Source of the DNA: Schizosaccharomyces osmophilus | Taxonomy: Eukaryota | Direction of reading: 5' to 3' | DNA: 64,000 nt | Assembly: GCF_027921745.1 (NCBI RefSeq) | Contig: NC_079238.1 | Span: forward strand, 5,332,001 to 5,396,000 | In this document: piece by piece, positions 11,763-21,543 of the stretch | Position numbering within the stretch: position 1 is the stretch's first letter | How the letters are laid out: each line of letters opens with the position of its first letter | Made by a program: the position numbers and the translations under genes | The notes under the pieces: model-generated | Database searches by the model: none | Seen by the model: the letters and a program-made list of their open reading frames with translations, nothing else | Told to the model about the DNA's origin: nothing

Positions 11763-14321
11763 TTATAAGGAAAGTAAAAGATCAACTAGGTCTTTCGGGG
11801 ACGGCAAGTGATAATCCGCTAGTGTCGATGTGTCTGTTAATCCAATATGTACGCGATAGGAAGTAATTTTCGAATTCGCGTTATTATGGTGAGATTGTTT
11901 GTCTTCTAAATCTGACAAAGACGGATCAATATAATCGGTATCATCACCGACCAAACTTGAATGAATGAAGTAATCAAAAGGCATTGGTAAAAATACTTCA
12001 AACATGTTCTCATCAGTTCTATCATCACCGGCGCAAAAGATAAAGTCAGTTCGTCCCGTTCGTTTTAGGATTCGCTTGACAAGAGCTCCTTTATTAAGAT
12101 AATTAGGATGTACTTCAAGGAAGAACCTTCCCGGGCTGATTTCAATGTCGTATTGTCTTATAAGACCTTCTAAATTTGCTTGACATTCTAAACTTTGAAA
12201 TCTACAGTACGTTGAATTTGCATTTTGAAAACACCATGATAAGGAGTTTCGTTTTTCTTCAATGTATGACCCTTGAGTCCGTTCGACGTAATATTGGAAT
12301 ATATCACGAACAGTGTCTTTCCATGATAAGTCTAGTTTTTCTGTATTGTTATACCAAGAGCCTGCCATAGGGGGACGTATAATGCTGCCATGTTCGGACG
12401 ATAATCCCAACTCTGAGATGTCATCCATCCAGTCTCCCATAAACGCTTTTGATCGCCCAGAAAGAACCCAAACTATATTACGACTGTCAGAGACAAGTCT
12501 CTTTAAGGTACGCAGGACTCGATCCGTCGGGGCTGCGTCCAAAGAATTCCTAGCGGCTTGAATAAGCGTGCCATCATAATCTAAAATAAACAACCGCTTT
12601 TTTGCTTCTTTATAATTTTTTTGTATATCAGAGATAGTTAAAGAAGGAGTGGTCATTCGGCTTTTAACAGAACGTATTTCATTGAAAGATCTGCTAATGA
12701 GCTTATAGATCCATTGCTGGGACGATTGCGAGGTTGCCTGCATCCACAAGGAAGAAAACTTTTGTTCTCTCTCTTTTATATTTTTCCTTAAACATTCATT
12801 GATAGTATCAGCAAATCCAGCATAATCGTAAGGGTTTACTACGCTAGCAGAAACCAATACTTCTGCTGTACCGGAAAATTCGCTCAAAATAAGTGAGCCC
12901 TTGTTTTTCTTTTGACAAGCCACAAATTCTAAAGCCATAGTATTCATGGCATCCCGTATGGAAGAAACACAAGCAACGTCGGCAGCACTAAGCAACGCAA
13001 AATATTCCTCAACGCTTAAAAGCTGATGAAAGTGATGAATGGGGACGTAATCTAGCGAACCATATTCACTGTTGATTTGAGTGACAAGATTTTCGACCTG
13101 CATCTCTAAATCAGAGTTACTGTTTCCTACAGTAGAGCTGGTGATTTGGATTAATATCACTCGTTTCCTCCAGTGCGGATACTTTATAAGAAGTTGGCGA
13201 AACGCCCGCAGCTTATGTATGATACCACAAACTTTGTCCAGTCTATCACGACCAACTATAACTTTCATATTTTGATGATAAAGATGGCGAAGTTGGGCGA
13301 CTTTGGATTGTACAGATTGCTTATTGCATATCGAATAGACGTGCGGCACATCAATGTTTACATGGGACGACAAAATGGCAGCACGGAAACCATCACAAGT
13401 GTCGATGTACGAAGAAGATGTGGCTTCCAAACCAAGGGCGTTGACACACGTGCTTAAAAAGTGTCGTGCATAAGAGTCAGTTTGGAATCCAATCACATTT
13501 GAAGCTAAAACGCCATTCAAGATCTCAGCCCGTTTAGGAAGGCATCGAAAAATTTCCGAAGTGCAAAAGGGCACATGAAGGAAAAAGACAATATTTGCAT
13601 CAGGCAACCGTTTCCGAATTAGTTTCGGTAGCAAGAACAAAGAATAGTCGTGGATAAGTATCAAATCTCCTGGGCGATAAATTGACACGACGTAATCTGC
13701 AAAATATTGAGTCCATTTATTAAAGTCTTTCCACCATATCTGTTGCTGAAAGCCATCGATGGTAGGGATTCGGTAATGCAATACATCCCACAACACATTG
13801 TCTGCATACGTTGGACCTTCCAGTAAACGGTTTGAGCCAACGTTCGAAGCGTAATTTAGAAATTCAGAAGGATCCTGTATAGAGCCAGGGGCAAATTTCG
13901 AACTTAACTTTCCCCAAACAGGAACGATTTTGGAAACAATGTTCCTTTCTTTGTAGAATTGACAGGCTTTTTCATAAAAAGATGCTTGATCGGCCGGGCT
14001 AAAGACGGTAAAGGAGGGAGACCGACGCTGAGAACTCAATACGTTGGAAGATGAATTAACATTCACCACCGCCGGCGAACTCATGGTTTCATTCTGAGTA
14101 ACCTGAACGGCACCGGGTGAGGCGACAAAGATGCTTTCCCATGGAGAGTTTGTATTTCCTAGAGATGCTATAGCAGAGTACAAGGCGGCACTGCTACTAC
14201 GGGGTTGGAAACTCCATTCACGACTTCCTTTTTCGATGGAAGCCTTCAACTGGAAATTTCGGGAAACATTTATCACTCTTTGATAAGGAATAGCACCATT
14301 CTTTTGAGGCTCCGAATGCAT
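11763..14321 (-). CDS. tps2: Trehalose-phosphate synthase/phosphatase (GT20 plus HAD domains)
   Basis: GT20 motifs LIHDYSL, FFLHVPF, IVGRDRLD, ILSEFSG; HAD motifs LDYDGTL and AGDDRTDE. Confidence 0.9.
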   Translation of the reverse strand: MHSEPQKNGAIPYQRVINVSRNFQLKASIEKGSREWSFQPRSSSAALYSAIASLGNTNSPWESIFVASPGAVQVTQNETMSSPAVVNVNSSSNVLSSQRRSPSFTVFSPADQASFYEKACQFYKERNIVSKIVPVWGKLSSKFAPGSIQDPSEFLNYASNVGSNRLLEGPTYADNVLWDVLHYRIPTIDGFQQQIWWKDFNKWTQYFADYVVSIYRPGDLILIHDYSLFLLPKLIRKRLPDANIVFFLHVPFCTSEIFRCLPKRAEILNGVLASNVIGFQTDSYARHFLSTCVNALGLEATSSSYIDTCDGFRAAILSSHVNIDVPHVYSICNKQSVQSKVAQLRHLYHQNMKVIVGRDRLDKVCGIIHKLRAFRQLLIKYPHWRKRVILIQITSSTVGNSNSDLEMQVENLVTQINSEYGSLDYVPIHHFHQLLSVEEYFALLSAADVACVSSIRDAMNTMALEFVACQKKNKGSLILSEFSGTAEVLVSASVVNPYDYAGFADTINECLRKNIKEREQKFSSLWMQATSQSSQQWIYKLISRSFNEIRSVKSRMTTPSLTISDIQKNYKEAKKRLFILDYDGTLIQAARNSLDAAPTDRVLRTLKRLVSDSRNIVWVLSGRSKAFMGDWMDDISELGLSSEHGSIIRPPMAGSWYNNTEKLDLSWKDTVRDIFQYYVERTQGSYIEEKRNSLSWCFQNANSTYCRFQSLECQANLEGLIRQYDIEISPGRFFLEVHPNYLNKGALVKRILKRTGRTDFIFCAGDDRTDENMFEVFLPMPFDYFIHSSLVGDDTDYIDPSLSDLEDKQSHHNNANSKITSYRVHIGLTDTSTLADYHLPSPKDLVDLLLSL

Positions 14322-14735
14322 CGATGGGAACTAATACCAGTTGTATATAGAAACGAAAACCAAATAATGCAAGGAAGAAACACAAGTTTTAGGTATATTT
14401 GAATAGAGTAAAAAGAAATTTGTTTCAATTCATTGAACGAAAAACTCAATTTCCAAATGAGAAACGTTGAAGTATGAGGACTGAACTTGCTCAGTTCATA
14501 CATTTCCCTTTTTAGGTTGTGGAGGGTGAATACCGAGCTCTATCGCAACTAAACGATAAAACCGACGTTTGAAAAAAATAAGTGTATACGAGGAAAGAAA
14601 AGAAAAGAAAAAGAAATTGGAATCCTAAACACTCTTAGAAGTGAAACTTGAGCGAGGACTTGGAAATTCGGGAAACCTTTATGAAACGGTAGATTTATCA
14701 TACAAGATATCGCAGTTGAACGGTGTAAAAAGGAC

Positions 14736-15176
14736 TCATTTCCGATGAAGAGTTTCGGATTTCATGTTAGGACCGTCAGTTTGTCCTTCTTGAAATGTTT
14801 GGAGTTCGGGAAGCAAATCGTTCAGATCTTTTGAGAGCGATTCAATGGCAGAGCTAGCATGCAGCAAGTGTGTATAATGATTATAGACCAAAGACTTATG
14901 ATCACCTGAAAGCTCTTGGATGGAAGATACCAGCTGCTTTTGGCGTTGCAGAACCTCGTTAGGGGATAGTTTATGTTGAAGACTCCTCAAGTAAACATTT
15001 AGGTCGAAATCTGGATTTGAGAAAGCAGGATCTATTTCTTTTGAAGTCGATTCTTCACTTGAATGAACGTTGCTGCCATTGGATACGGATCTAGACGTCG
15101 AAACGGTAGATGAAGATGGTGTACGTACAGGTAAATTATAAAAATTACGAAGAGCCTGTCGTTTTTTGTCAGACAT
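14736..15176 (-). CDS. vps51: GARP complex subunit Vps51
   Basis: ATG at 15176. RQALRNFYNL N-terminal motif, FSNPDFD..YL, KSLVYNHY. Confidence 0.85.
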   Translation of the reverse strand: MSDKKRQALRNFYNLPVRTPSSSTVSTSRSVSNGSNVHSSEESTSKEIDPAFSNPDFDLNVYLRSLQHKLSPNEVLQRQKQLVSSIQELSGDHKSLVYNHYTHLLHASSAIESLSKDLNDLLPELQTFQEGQTDGPNMKSETLHRK

Positions 15177-16153
15177 TTTCAAAAAAGCATAAACAAGATT
15201 AGGAAAATCTCATTGAATGTCCAGGAACTACGGCAAACCTCAGTTTTTGTTTGTTTACGCGTCAATGGTTTTGTAGACGTTTCGCATCAGACAAGTTTTC
15301 TGCCATCTATCAAAATAGCGATGCGTTGAGAAGCACTATCTCATTGTTTACATTGAAAAGACAAAAGAGGCTGCTTGTGCATGAACAACTGAGCTTATTT
15401 TACCGTAATAGAACTGGCCAAGTTTTTTGCTTGATGAAGGAGAAAGGACGTTAAGAAGTCCAGTTGGCATTTGTGATCATTTGCTCGCGCGGTGACTTGA
15501 GGGAAAGGAGCGGTGAGCGTATTCATCATAAGACTGGCTACAATTCTTTTCGTATGTGATAGAAATGCTGTTAATTCTCTTTTTAAATTTGAAATGAATA
15601 GAATTCATCCCATTTATCCTATTTCTTCCATGTTTCATCGTTTTGTTGTTTATTAGTGAATGGACTGGGTATGCGGTAAAGGGTATACTGAAATGGAAAG
15701 ACTTCATTAGTAAATAAACATAGTATTTTGCAAAAATAGCTTAACAGGTTTTTTTTTGAGAGACGAAATGACTGAATGAAAACTATCATTTGAATCGTTT
15801 TGGAAAAAATAATCTCTCTGTCTTTGTCTTTCTCTATTCACTTGTTTTTTCCTTCAAACTGTTCATACACTTTCCATTGTGAACCAAAATTTAGATTTCA
15901 TTCTCCATCTATTGTAGATGTTGAAATACTAGAAAACAAATAGATATATATGCCCTTTTTATTTTAAAAAAAAAAAGGCCGAAAGTGACTCTTTTCATTT
16001 ACATACTTAACCAGCGTGAAAGTGCCTTTCAAAGCGAATTTTTACCCTTAAATGACTTTACAAGGATATTCATGTAGAATCCAGAAATCAAACCCAAATT
16101 AAAGAGAAGAGTCACGACGATTTAGCCTAAAATCCTGGAAAACACTGTTTTAA

Positions 16154-16820
16154 ATGGAATTTAAAGGTCAAATTCAAGAAGATGAATTTCATCATCCTTA
16201 TAAGCCTTATTCCATTCAACTAGAATTTATGCGGGCTTTATACAATGCGATTGAAAACAAAAAGATTGGAATCTTTGAATCTCCAACCGGCACTGGTAAA
16301 AGTCTTAGCTTACTATGTGCATCGTTGACGTGGTTAGAGAAAAAGGGAGATTTGCATATGGAAACGGATGAAGCTGAAGAAAGAACAAGCGATTCTGGTT
16401 CTTCGAAGCATGCCATTCCTGACTGGGTGATTATGCAGGATCAAGAGTTGCAGGTAGACCAGGCTAAAAGCGCACATGCATATTTGGAGAAGCGACTCGA
16501 AGGGGTCCGCGAGAAGAATCGAAAAGAAAAGTTTATTCAGGAAAATAGCTTCAGACTCCAAAAGGATGCTCGTAAGAGAGCTACACCCGCCGATATCACG
16601 AATTCCTCAACAACCCCTTTAGCAAAGTCAAGCAAGATTGCTCCGGCAACTGATGAGTCGTTAGAGGAATTTGTGGTTTCCAATGATATTTCTCTTCAAG
16701 ATGAGAGTGAAGAGTCAGCTCATGCTTTGCAGAAAGGCTACAGCTCCAAAGTAATGGATCTACTTCATCGTTTACTTCCAGAAGATGAAAAACTACCAAC
16801 TGTTCAAAAGGTAAGGATTG

Positions 16821-16854
<34 letters not shown>

Positions 16855-18824
16855 GAAAATAACTGGTGCTAATTACTTCAAAGATTTACTTCTCTTCGAG
16901 AACTCATTCACAACTCCGACAATTTGTACAAGAGGTACAAAAATTAGACACATCAAAAATTTCTACCCCTATACGGGTAGTGTCGCTGGCTTCGAGAAAA
17001 AACTTATGCATCAATCCCAAAGTTCAAAAGCTGTCACCAACATCCGCAGTGAACGAAAAGTGCATTGAATTACAAGGTAAGGATACTTGACGTCTGTAGA
17101 CTAACAGATCAGGGACTTCCGAAAAATGCCCTTACATGAAGGACGATACCCGGATTTGGGATTTTCGCGATGAAGTTCTCGCTGAAGTAATGGATATCGA
17201 AGACATGGTTGGTTTAGGACAAAAAATGCATGTCTGTCCGTATTATGGAGCAAGGGAAGCAGTCAATTCTTCTCAAATTGTAACATTACCATACCCGTTG
17301 CTTTTGCAGGAATCTGCTCGTAATTCGCTCAACCTTCCTTTGAAAGATAATATCTGCATTATCGATGAAGCACACAACATTATTGATGCAATTTGCTCTA
17401 TGCATTCTTCCTCTATTTCCTACAAGCAAGTAAGCATGGCAGAGTTTCAGCTAGAGCAATATTTGAATCGCTTCAGCAAACGGCTTAACGGCACAAATAA
17501 AATGCATGTTCGGCAGTTGATGAAGGTTGTTGGAGAGCTAAAGAAATTTCTTGAAAAAAATATAAAACAAAACTCTACCAACAGAGTATTGCTGATTTCT
17601 TCGATGTTTGTGTCGCAATCTTCAGATCAAGTGAATTTGCATCATTTAATTGAGTATCTGTCTGTTTCAAAACTTGCAAGGAAGGTGGATGGGTATTCAA
17701 AGTTTCTGTCTAGATCCAAAGAAAACGTGTTGGACGAAGAATCACACGAGTCTGAGATAAAAAAGAGGGAAGCAAAAGGCAACAGCGAGCAAGAAGATAA
17801 ATATACCCCTGTTTTGATGCAGCTTGAATCCTTCCTTTCTGCGATAGCGAATCCGTCGCCTGAAGGAAAGCTATTTTACGAAGCACAGGATTCCTCGAAT
17901 GCATTTTTGAAATACATGCTTCTTGATCCATCCAAGCATTTTCAAAGCCTGACGGACCAATGCCGCTCCGTTACATTGGCAGGAGGAACAATGTCACCAT
18001 TAGACGACTTTATCGAATTATTGTTTTCGGAATCCAAAAGTCGGATTGACGAATTTTCTTGCGGGCATATTGTACCGAAAGAAAACGTTTTGACGTTGTT
18101 GCTCTCGAAAGGGCCTTCGCAAGTACCATATGAGTTTTCCTACCAAAATCGCACCAGAGAAGATTTGACGAGAGAGCTTGGGAGAACGCTGGTAAACTTT
18201 ACTTCACTGGTCCCCGATGGCGTGGTTGTGTTTTTCCCGAGTTTTTCGTATTTACAATTTATCACGGACGTTTGGAAGAATGACGGTATCTTGGAAAGGC
18301 TTCAAAAGAAGAAGCCGGTGTTTGTAGAATCAAAGGATCACAGCGAAAAAACGCTGAAATTGTTTGATGAATATAGCGAAATGGTGGAAGCTGGCCATGG
18401 AGGACTCTTGTTTTGTGTGATTGGGGGACGCTTGTCCGAAGGCATCAACTTTTCAGATCGTTTGGGAAGAGCAGTTGTCGTGGTAGGAATGCCATTTCCA
18501 AATGCACACGATATCGAATGGCAAACAAAAGTTGCGTATGTGGAAGAAAAGGTACGGTCAAAAGGACGAAACGCGAAACAGGCAGCACAACTGTTTTACG
18601 AAAACACATGTTTACGAGCAGTGAACCAAAGTATTGGAAGAGCCATTCGACATCAAAGAGACTATGCATGCATTCTTCTGTTGGATCATCGTTACAATAG
18701 GCCTAGCATACGAAGCAAACTGCCAGGATGGTTACAAGAACATTTGGAAGTTCCCAGCCAATTTGGACATGCCATTCGTCAGGTGTCTATGTTTTTTCGA
18801 ACAAAAAGGCAGACCAAAGAATGA
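16154..18824 (+). CDS. chl1: Fe-S DEAH DNA helicase Chl1/DDX11, 3 exons (16154-16810, 16884-17076, 17113-18824)
   Basis: [48 protein letters not shown]; two canonical introns restore the frame. Confidence 0.96.
16821..16846. repeat. (AT)13 microsatellite in chl1 intron 1
   Basis: Perfect AT dinucleotide run. Confidence 0.9.
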
Positions 18825-19186
18825 ACCCACACAAGGATTCCGATGAGAGAAGAAAATGGTAGAAACGATTACGATACATAGATAGGAAGAAATTCATGGT
18901 TAGGATGGATGATTTACAAAATTGTTTACAAACAAGTTACAAGTTACAAGAGACACAGATCAAACAAAGGATCAAAAAATTATAGATACAAAAAGCAGAT
19001 GAACAGGATTTTATTGCACTGAAGAGTGGTGCAGGGGCAATGAGTGATGCCGTCAACAACTCTTAGGGAAAAGAAACAAACATCGAGCACAAGAGAGGAA
19101 CCTTTTTGAAAAAGGAGCAACACATTTGTAGTGGAGTTGCTTTTTTATTCCAGCTCATCGAACTTCTGGATAGGAAAGCGAGTAGC

Positions 19187-19326
19187 TTATTTACTAAAGA
19201 TGGAGTTAGCACATTTTGAAACTATGGACTCAATGGATAAAAATAGGTTACTTACGATCTAGCCCTCATTTTTCTTCTTCTACGCTTCAGGCGTCTCACG
19301 CGCTTTTTCCTCCATTTATCACGCAT
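19187..19326 (-). CDS. rpl41: 60S ribosomal protein eL41, 25 aa, 2 exons (19326-19256, 19193-19187)
   Basis: Spliced product MRDKWRKKRVRRLKRRRRKMRARSK*; intron GTAAGT...CTAAC...TTTAG; HomolD box upstream. Confidence 0.96.
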
Positions 19327-19377
19327 AATGGATAATGGTAAAGAATGTCTATGACAGACAGCTGCTGTATAGCAGCC

Positions 19378-19401
19378 TGTGACTGTTTTTTTGGGTTAGG
19401 T
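19378..19401 (-). promoter_or_regulatory. HomolD box (CAGTCACA) with adjacent HomolE-like element, rpl41 promoter
   Basis: TGTGACTG at 19378-19385, ~52 bp upstream of the rpl41 ATG. ACCTAACCCA (minus strand, ~19392-19401) resembles HomolE ACCCTACCCT. Confidence 0.8.
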
Positions 19402-20095
19402 CGAAACAGTCCACGTCACAAATGCGGTAACATTGTTGGCAGAGCAGAACGAATTTTGCTATGGAAATGAATAGAAGGGAAAAGCAAAGCGTCGCAAAGT
19501 GAAATTCAAATGAAACATGTACGAAATTTTTTTAGAGTGTCGAAAAAAAAATTTCCGAAAGGAAGACCCAAGTAAAATTCAAGTTACCTCTCATGACCCA
19601 TCTATGACGTTTATAATCTGAAGAACCTCTATATCGTTTTCGATTCCACTTTACTACGATAAACAAATCCCTTACTACGATGCTACGATGCTACTATGAT
19701 AACCAAGGAACCCAGCCCTACATGGACCTGAAGAGATGGCACTTCCAGATGGAACATGTGATAGGAAAGCATGTTACCTGGACATGACAGCAGATATGGG
19801 AAATTACAAGTGACGATGTGAAACTAACTTTTACCGAAATTTGCGGGGTGGTGCATACACCAAATCTTTTACGTGAACTCTCCGTTTTCAGGACTTCCAG
19901 ATTGTTCTACGAATCCGAACCGAACCAATCGACGTTCCGTTATTACTTACCATGACACCTTATTAACAATTGAAGCCTTTGATTGGATGAATGTTACGTC
20001 TCACCTGAACCTTTGTTGGTATTGACGAATCAAAGAATCCAAAGATTATAGATTCGCTTTTAACTCATCCATGACAAGCACTCTTTACCGAGATA

Positions 20096-20199
20096 TGGCT
20101 CCGGGTGTTGCACCTAACACCGCTTGACTCCGACTGTTTGACTCCGGCCGACACCGATTGATTCCCCCCTGACTCCGACTATTCGGTGTCTAACTCCGA
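20096..20199 (+). promoter_or_regulatory. Homotypic cluster of YRACWCCG motifs upstream of the secreted-protein gene
   Basis: TAACACCG 20115, TGACTCCGA 20125, TGACTCCG 20139, CGACACCGA 20149, TGACTCCGA 20170, TAACTCCGA 20191, plus a degenerate copy near 20096; TATATAAA at 20400-20407. Confidence 0.5.
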
Positions 20200-20521
20200 C
20201 GGTTTCCGCCTGATCTTGGGATCGGGTGCTTCCTAATGGTTTGACTTGTGGGTCCTTTGGTTTGGTTCGTTGAGGATGCGTGAGCTAGGTGAAAACGGAG
20301 GGGCTTCTTCGTTGAAGTGATGAAAGGATTCGTTTCGATGGAAACAACATATTCAATCATGGCATTCATGAGAATGACGAATGGTTCCGTCTTGATTTCT
20401 ATATAAAGAGTGTCATTTTCTCTCAAAAAGCAATAATTCATTCATTCATTCATCTATTGTCTTTTGATTCCAATTGATCTTGGTTTTATTTCGACTTCTA
20501 CTTTTTACTACCACTACTAAA

Positions 20522-21016
20522 ATGAAGTTTTCCTTGTCTGCTATTGCTCTTACTCTCCTTGGAGCCACTTCTGCTTTGGCTAATCCCATTTCCAATTCCA
20601 AGCGTGATTTGTCTCCAGACCAAAAGTTTGGTATTATGAGTTTTCATTCTGGTAATATATATGTTCACCTTCAAACTTTTTACGTTGGTCAATCTGGTCA
20701 TGTTTACTTGTCTCCATATGACAACGCCAAGGAAGGTGGATCTTTCCACCTTAAGGACTCTCAATTACTCTACAACAATGAGCCTGCTTCTCTTGACAAG
20801 GACGGTGCTCTTGTTTTCCAATCCTCTGGTTCTCCCTTGTCTGGTTTCGATGCTAGCGAAGCGACTAACATCGGCTATGAGCTTCGTTTGAACGGCTCTT
20901 CTGCTGTCGCATGCCCTGTTGCTAACACTAACGAAGTCTATCAAATCTTCTATGGTCAAGGCAACAACAGCAAGGACTGTACCGGTATTGCTACTGAGGC
21001 CATTGTCCAAACATAA
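20522..21016 (+). CDS. Small secreted protein (164 aa), PhiA/Cwp1-like cell-wall family
   Basis: Signal peptide MKFSLSAIALTLLGATSALA; dibasic KR site; FGIMSFHSG, FHLKDSQL and AVACP...KDC pattern recalled from PhiA/Cwp1-type proteins; strongly biased codons; TATA upstream. The gene is solid, the family call less so. Confidence 0.8.
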   Translation: MKFSLSAIALTLLGATSALANPISNSKRDLSPDQKFGIMSFHSGNIYVHLQTFYVGQSGHVYLSPYDNAKEGGSFHLKDSQLLYNNEPASLDKDGALVFQSSGSPLSGFDASEATNIGYELRLNGSSAVACPVANTNEVYQIFYGQGNNSKDCTGIATEAIVQT

Positions 21017-21543
21017 TTTTATTTTTTTTTTGGCATTGCATTGCATTACATATATGTTTGGATTCCTCTTTTTGTCTTTGTTCGATTCAACTCGATCTTC
21101 ATCATTCGCATTAGTTAAAGTCATATACTTTCATACGTTTGCATCAATCAAGCATTTCACATTTTATTCATTCTTCTAGTAACTAGTTGCATAGCCGTGA
21201 TTTATCCTAAGAGAACTTGAATCGTGTAGTTTTTAAATAGTCAAATATGACCAACAATTCTTTAGTTTATACAAGCTATACAAGCTATAGAATGCTACTA
21301 GCATCTTCATTAGAACAACCCTATTTACTCTCCCATCGCTACTACACTAACTAACTAAATTACTACCTCTGACTCTACTACACCACCGCCAACACACCTT
21401 CGACCTCGTTGCGCCTCTCTATCCGCTTCTTAGCATGGTTTACTGTGGCCAAGAGTGACAAGACAAATGGCTTCGATTCCACTTGAGCATTCAGGTCACC
21501 CACACGCATCGTCTTCACCAAACCTATCTTTCTCAAATGAATC

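Noticed and set aside
15460..15530. Minus-strand ATGATGA C box with a GC-rich hairpin
   Set aside because: No downstream CTGA D box or rRNA guide.
19604..19610. M26/CRE heptamer ATGACGT (another at 63673-63679)
   Set aside because: A 7-mer is expected several times by chance in 64 kb; no independent support for a recombination hotspot.
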